The translations under genes were made by a program, and so were the position numbers. This document shows, in pieces, positions 59,545 through 64,000 of a stretch of DNA of 64,000 bases. Numbering within the stretch: the stretch's first letter is position 1; every line of letters starts with the position of its first letter. This stretch comes from Bifidobacterium breve (GTDB taxonomy: Bacteria; Actinomycetota; Actinomycetes; Nanopelagicales; Nanopelagicaceae). The stretch lies in contig CAMCYA010000003.1 in NCBI GenBank assembly GCA_945883675.1, positions 1,808 through 65,807 on the forward strand, in the 5' to 3' direction. A model generated the notes under the pieces. The model had not been told where the DNA came from. It saw nothing but the letters and a program-made list of their open reading frames with translations, and searched no databases.

Positions 59545-60170
59545 TGAGTGATGGCATGTTCGGACCAAAAGGAACTGGTGATACTTCCGGCTACGGAGGA
59601 TTAGTTGCAAAAGCAGCTACAGCTGGCTCTTCTGAGCGCCCTTATGGTGGTTATTTTGATGAAGTCACAGATAACTTAGAACGTGCTTACCCAGAGTTTT
59701 CTGATGCAATCGAAAGAGTTGTTATTGACCGCGGAGAACTGACACTTCACATCAAAGCTGAAAAACTTGTTGAAGTGGCTTTTGTTTTGCGTGATGTACT
59801 CAAGTTTGAAATGTGTATGGGAGTAAACGGTGTTCACTATCCCGAGCAAACTGGACGCGAACTTCATGCTGTTTATCCATTGCTTTCAATGACGAAGAAT
59901 CAAAGAATTCGCTTAGAAGTATCTGTTGCAGATTTACATCCACACATTCCATCAGTTGTAGAAGTGTGGGCCGGCAATAACTGGCATGAGCGTGAAACTT
60001 TTGACATGTTTGGAATTATTTTTGATGGACATCCAGGTCTAACTAGAATCCTTATGCCAGATGACTGGAAAGGTCATCCGCAGCGCAAAGATTACGCGTT
60101 AGGTGGAATTCCAGTTGAGTATAAAGGTGCAACAACTCCTCCTCCGAACGATCGAAGGAGTTACAAGTGA
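59544..60170 (+). CDS. nuoC: NADH-quinone oxidoreductase subunit C
   Basis: [19 protein letters not shown]. Confidence 0.96.
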   Translation: MSDGMFGPKGTGDTSGYGGLVAKAATAGSSERPYGGYFDEVTDNLERAYPEFSDAIERVVIDRGELTLHIKAEKLVEVAFVLRDVLKFEMCMGVNGVHYPEQTGRELHAVYPLLSMTKNQRIRLEVSVADLHPHIPSVVEVWAGNNWHERETFDMFGIIFDGHPGLTRILMPDDWKGHPQRKDYALGGIPVEYKGATTPPPNDRRSYK

Positions 60171-61504
60171 CCACTTTTGATCCGTATGCTCCATCGCGCG
60201 AAACAACTGAAGGAAAGGTTTTCTCTGTCACTGGAGGAGACTGGGATTCCTTAGTTCAAGAAATTGGCGCAACTAAAGAAGAGCGAGTTGTCGTAAACAT
60301 GGGTCCGCAGCACCCATCAACTCATGGTGTTCTCCGTTTAGTTTTAGAACTTGAAGGCGAAACAATTACCGAAGTGCGTTGCGGAATTGGATACCTGCAT
60401 ACTGGAATTGAAAAAAATATTGAGTTCCGTAACTGGACCCAAGGAACAACTTTTGTAACTCGCATGGATTACTTGAGTCCATTGCACAATGAGACTGCCT
60501 ACTGCCTTGCAGTCGAGAAGCTGCTCGGGATTACAAATGATGTTCCAGAACGTGCAAGTGTTATTCGCGTAATGATGATGGAGTTAAATCGAATCTCATC
60601 ACACATGGTTGCCTTAGGAACCGGTGCGCTAGAACTTGGAGCGATGGGCCCAATGTTCTTTGCTTTCCGTGACCGCGAAACAGTTTTAGAGATATTCGAA
60701 ATGATCACAGGACTTCGCATGAACATGGCATATGTGCGACCAGGTGGAGTACAACAAGATCTTCCAGATGGTGCATATACAAAAATCCGTGAAGGCGTGA
60801 AGTTAATGCGCAAGAACTTTAAGGATAATGCAACTTTGCTTATCGGTAACTCAATTTGGATGAAGCGAACACAGGGAATTGGTTATTTAGATTTAGCTGG
60901 TTGTACAACTCTTGGAATCACAGGTCCAGTTCTTCGTTCAACTGGAATGCCTTGGGATTTGCGAAAAGTTCAACCATATTGTGGTTATGAAAACTACAAC
61001 TTCGATGTTGTGACAGCTGATACCTGCGATGTTTATGGCAGATTTTTAATTCGTATGAATGAACTTGAGCAGTCACTTCGTATTGTCGAACAGTGCGTAG
61101 ATAAATTAGAAAAGCTCCATGGTGCACCTGTCATGGTTGCTGATAAGAAAATTGCATGGCCAGCTCAGCTCGCACTTGGTGGCGACGGGTTAGGTAACTC
61201 TCTCGATCACATTCGCGAGATTATGGGAACTTCGATGGAGTCATTAATCCACCACTTCAAACTTGTTACAGAGGGTTTTAGAGTTCCTGCAGGTCAGGCA
61301 TATGCTGCAATTGAATCACCACGTGGAGAGTTGGGTGCATCAATTGTCTCTGACGGTGGAACTCGTCCATACCGCGTGCACTTTCGCGAACCCTCATTTA
61401 ATAATTTGCAAGCAACACCTGCAATGAGTGAAGGCGGAATGGTTGCAGACATCGTTGCTGCAGTTGCATCAATTGATCCTGTTATGGGAGGTGTTGATCG
61501 CTAA
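60167..61504 (+). CDS. nuoD: NADH-quinone oxidoreductase subunit D
   Basis: [41 protein letters not shown]. Confidence 0.97.
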   Translation: MTTFDPYAPSRETTEGKVFSVTGGDWDSLVQEIGATKEERVVVNMGPQHPSTHGVLRLVLELEGETITEVRCGIGYLHTGIEKNIEFRNWTQGTTFVTRMDYLSPLHNETAYCLAVEKLLGITNDVPERASVIRVMMMELNRISSHMVALGTGALELGAMGPMFFAFRDRETVLEIFEMITGLRMNMAYVRPGGVQQDLPDGAYTKIREGVKLMRKNFKDNATLLIGNSIWMKRTQGIGYLDLAGCTTLGITGPVLRSTGMPWDLRKVQPYCGYENYNFDVVTADTCDVYGRFLIRMNELEQSLRIVEQCVDKLEKLHGAPVMVADKKIAWPAQLALGGDGLGNSLDHIREIMGTSMESLIHHFKLVTEGFRVPAGQAYAAIESPRGELGASIVSDGGTRPYRVHFREPSFNNLQATPAMSEGGMVADIVAAVASIDPVMGGVDR

Positions 61505-62130
61505 TGACATTTTCATCAGAAGATTTAAAGATAATGGACTCAATCATTAAGCGTTATCCACGCCCACGCTCTGCAATCATGCCTTTGCTTCATTTTGTTC
61601 AGTCAAAGGCAGGATACGTAACTAATGAAGGTATTGAACTAATTGCAAAACAACTTGAATTAGAAGCAGCAGAAGTTACAGCAGTATCTACTTTTTATAC
61701 TCAGTACAAGCCATCTGCAATAGGTGAGTATCACGTTGGTGTTTGCACAAATACTTTGTGTGCGGTTATGGGTGGGGATGCAATATTTGCCTCCCTTAAA
61801 GATCATTTGGGTATTGAAAATGATGGCGTAACTGAAGATGGAAAGGTCTCTTTAGAACACATTGAATGCAATGCAGCATGTGACTATGCACCAGTCGTGA
61901 TGGCTAATTGGGAGTTTTACGATAACCAAACAGTGGAATCAGCAAAAGAGTTAGTTGATTCAATGCGTGCTGGTAATCCTCAGCCGCCAACTCGTGGCCC
62001 AAATAAACTTGTTACATGGAAAGAAGCATCTGCAGTCCTTGCAGGATTAAATGATGGTCTTGCCCACGAAGGCGTACAAGCTGGTCAACCAACTTTGTTA
62101 GGTTTAAAACTTTCGAAAGAAGGTAAGTAA
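61504..62130 (+). CDS. nuoE: NADH-quinone oxidoreductase subunit E
   Basis: VCTNTLC, ECNAAC 2Fe-2S ligands. Confidence 0.96.
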   Translation: MTFSSEDLKIMDSIIKRYPRPRSAIMPLLHFVQSKAGYVTNEGIELIAKQLELEAAEVTAVSTFYTQYKPSAIGEYHVGVCTNTLCAVMGGDAIFASLKDHLGIENDGVTEDGKVSLEHIECNAACDYAPVVMANWEFYDNQTVESAKELVDSMRAGNPQPPTRGPNKLVTWKEASAVLAGLNDGLAHEGVQAGQPTLLGLKLSKEGK

Positions 62131-63410
62131 TGACAAAACTTGCTCCAGTTTTATCAGCGCACTGGGATGAAAAAGATTCATTTACTCTTGAAGCATATAA
62201 GCGACATGGTGGCTACAAAGCTTCAGAAAAAGCTCTCGCAATGGATCCAGATGCAGTGATTCAACTTGTTAAGGATTCAGGATTACGTGGTCGCGGCGGA
62301 GCTGGATTCCCAACTGGAATGAAGTGGGGATTTATTCCACAGGGCGATAACAAAGATCACTATTTAGTTGTTAATGCAGATGAATCAGAGCCAGGCACTT
62401 GCAAAGACACACCACTTTTAATGGCTAACCCACATGTTCTTATTGAAGGCTGCATCATCGCCTGCCATGCAATTCGTGCAAAGCATGCATTTATTTACAT
62501 TCGTGGAGAAGTTACACATGTTGTGCGCCGAGTTAATCAGGCTATTGCAGATGCTTATGCAGCTGGAATTCTTGGAAATGGCATCGATGTAGTTTTACAC
62601 ATTGGTGCTGGCGCATATATTTGTGGCGAAGAGACTGCTCTACTTGATTCACTCGAAGGCTTCCGCGGTCAACCACGTTTGCGACCACCATTTCCCGCCA
62701 TTGCAGGTTTGTATGCCAGACCAACAGTTGTAAACAACGTGGAATCAATTGCATCAGTTCCAGCAATTGTTATGAACGGTGCTGAGTGGTATCAATCTAT
62801 GGGTACCGAAAAGAGCAAAGGAACAACTCTTTATTCTTTGTCAGGTCACGTAGTAAATCCTGGACAATTTGAAGCACCACTTGGAATTACTCTTCGCGAG
62901 ATTCTTGAACTCTCAGGCGGAGTGCGCAAAGGACATAAGTTAAAGTTTTGGACACCAGGTGGATCTTCAACCCCATTATTTACTGACGAACATCTAGATG
63001 TTCCACTTGATTACGAAGGTGTAGCAGCAGCTGGTTCCATGCTTGGCACAAAGGCCTTACAAATATTTGATGAGACAACTTGTGTTGTTCGTGCGGTATT
63101 GCGTTGGACTGAATTTTACAAACATGAATCATGTGGCAAATGCACGCCTTGTCGTGAAGGCACATGGTGGCTTGTACAAATTCTTCGTGATTTAGAAGCA
63201 GGCAAAGGAACAGAAGCAGACCTTGCAAAACTACTTGATCTTTGCGACAACATTATGGGTCGCTCATTCTGCGCACTGGGTGATGGAGCTACTAGCCCAA
63301 TTACATCTTCAATCAAATATTTCCGCGATGAGTACATCGCACACTTAACAAACGGTGGATGCCCATTTGATCCTGTTGCATCAACTTTATTTGTTGGGGC
63401 AGGTGCATAA
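62130..63410 (+). CDS. nuoF: NADH-quinone oxidoreductase subunit F
   Basis: GLRGRGGAGFPTG, NADESEPG, GAYICGEET, ESCGKCTPCREG. Confidence 0.97.
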   Translation: MTKLAPVLSAHWDEKDSFTLEAYKRHGGYKASEKALAMDPDAVIQLVKDSGLRGRGGAGFPTGMKWGFIPQGDNKDHYLVVNADESEPGTCKDTPLLMANPHVLIEGCIIACHAIRAKHAFIYIRGEVTHVVRRVNQAIADAYAAGILGNGIDVVLHIGAGAYICGEETALLDSLEGFRGQPRLRPPFPAIAGLYARPTVVNNVESIASVPAIVMNGAEWYQSMGTEKSKGTTLYSLSGHVVNPGQFEAPLGITLREILELSGGVRKGHKLKFWTPGGSSTPLFTDEHLDVPLDYEGVAAAGSMLGTKALQIFDETTCVVRAVLRWTEFYKHESCGKCTPCREGTWWLVQILRDLEAGKGTEADLAKLLDLCDNIMGRSFCALGDGATSPITSSIKYFRDEYIAHLTNGGCPFDPVASTLFVGAGA

Positions 63411-64000
63411 GTGAGTGAAGTAGCAGTTGAAATGATCACGGTTGTAATAGATGGCTTTGAAGTTACTGTCCCTAAGGGAACATTAGTAATTCGCGCCGCA
63501 GAGCAACTAGGAATTCAAATTCCCCGTTTTTGTGATCACCCATTACTAGATCCTGTTGGTGCATGCCGTCAATGTTTGGTTGATATTGAAATTAATGGGC
63601 GTGCATTTCCAAAGCCTCAGGCTTCATGCACAATCCCAGTTGAGACAGGAATGATTGTTAAAACGCAGTTAACTTCAACGGTTGCAGAAAAAGCACAACG
63701 CGGAGTTATGGAGCTTTTGTTAGTAAACCACCCACTTGATTGTCCGGTCTGTGACAAAGGTGGGGAATGTCCTCTGCAAAATCAAGCAATGAGTACTGGG
63801 CAAGGTTCTTCCAGGTTTGAAGGCGTTAAGCGCACGTTTGAAAAGCCAATTAATATTTCTTCTCAAGTGCTTCTTGATCGTGAGCGTTGTGTTTTATGTG
63901 CTCGTTGTACACGCTTTTCAGAACAGATCGCTAGCGATCCATTTATTACATTAAATGAACGCGGAGCTTTGCAACAAGTTGGTATCTATGAAAATAAACC
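63411..64000 (+). CDS. nuoG: NADH-quinone oxidoreductase subunit G, N-terminal part (runs off window end)
   Basis: Manual translation from GTG 63411: ...[21 protein letters not shown]...[18 protein letters not shown]...[13 protein letters not shown]. Confidence 0.95.
   Translation, partial: MSEVAVEMITVVIDGFEVTVPKGTLVIRAAEQLGIQIPRFCDHPLLDPVGACRQCLVDIEINGRAFPKPQASCTIPVETGMIVKTQLTSTVAEKAQRGVMELLLVNHPLDCPVCDKGGECPLQNQAMSTGQGSSRFEGVKRTFEKPINISSQVLLDRERCVLCARCTRFSEQIASDPFITLNERGALQQVGIYENK

Overview
Gene-dense core-genome segment, about low-40s % GC by eye, from a streamlined actinobacterium. Gene content and order and the very short intergenic spacers fit freshwater acI / Nanopelagicales (inference). 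It runs: acs (partial), fbaA-purA-purB, DUF3073-hypothetical-bldC-DUF5302, a DEAD-box helicase, an ECF Ni/Co transporter, envelope genes, tilS-hpt-ftsH-folEPBK-panC-coaX-lysS-argA-clpC, mutY-radA, proC, bS22, an XPB locus, cytochrome c maturation system II, men genes and nuoA-G (partial). I saw no tRNA, rRNA, CRISPR array, integrase or transposase. The most interesting signals lie outside the supplied ORF track: (1) a stand-alone 34-aa cationic amphipathic peptide gene (903-1007) with a strong SD and an intrinsic terminator; (2) several candidate structured RNAs (DEAD-helicase 5' leader, bulged-A hairpin over the panC SD, a four-way junction upstream of clpC, an orphan hairpin beside cbiM); (3) an exact 34-bp duplication of the argA 3' end; (4) candidate BldC and Nur operators; (5) pervasive leaderless promoters; (6) clean absence of de novo pur genes, hem genes, disA and lsr2 from loci where actinobacteria usually carry them. 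All product calls come from recognising motifs and synteny by eye; no database search was run.
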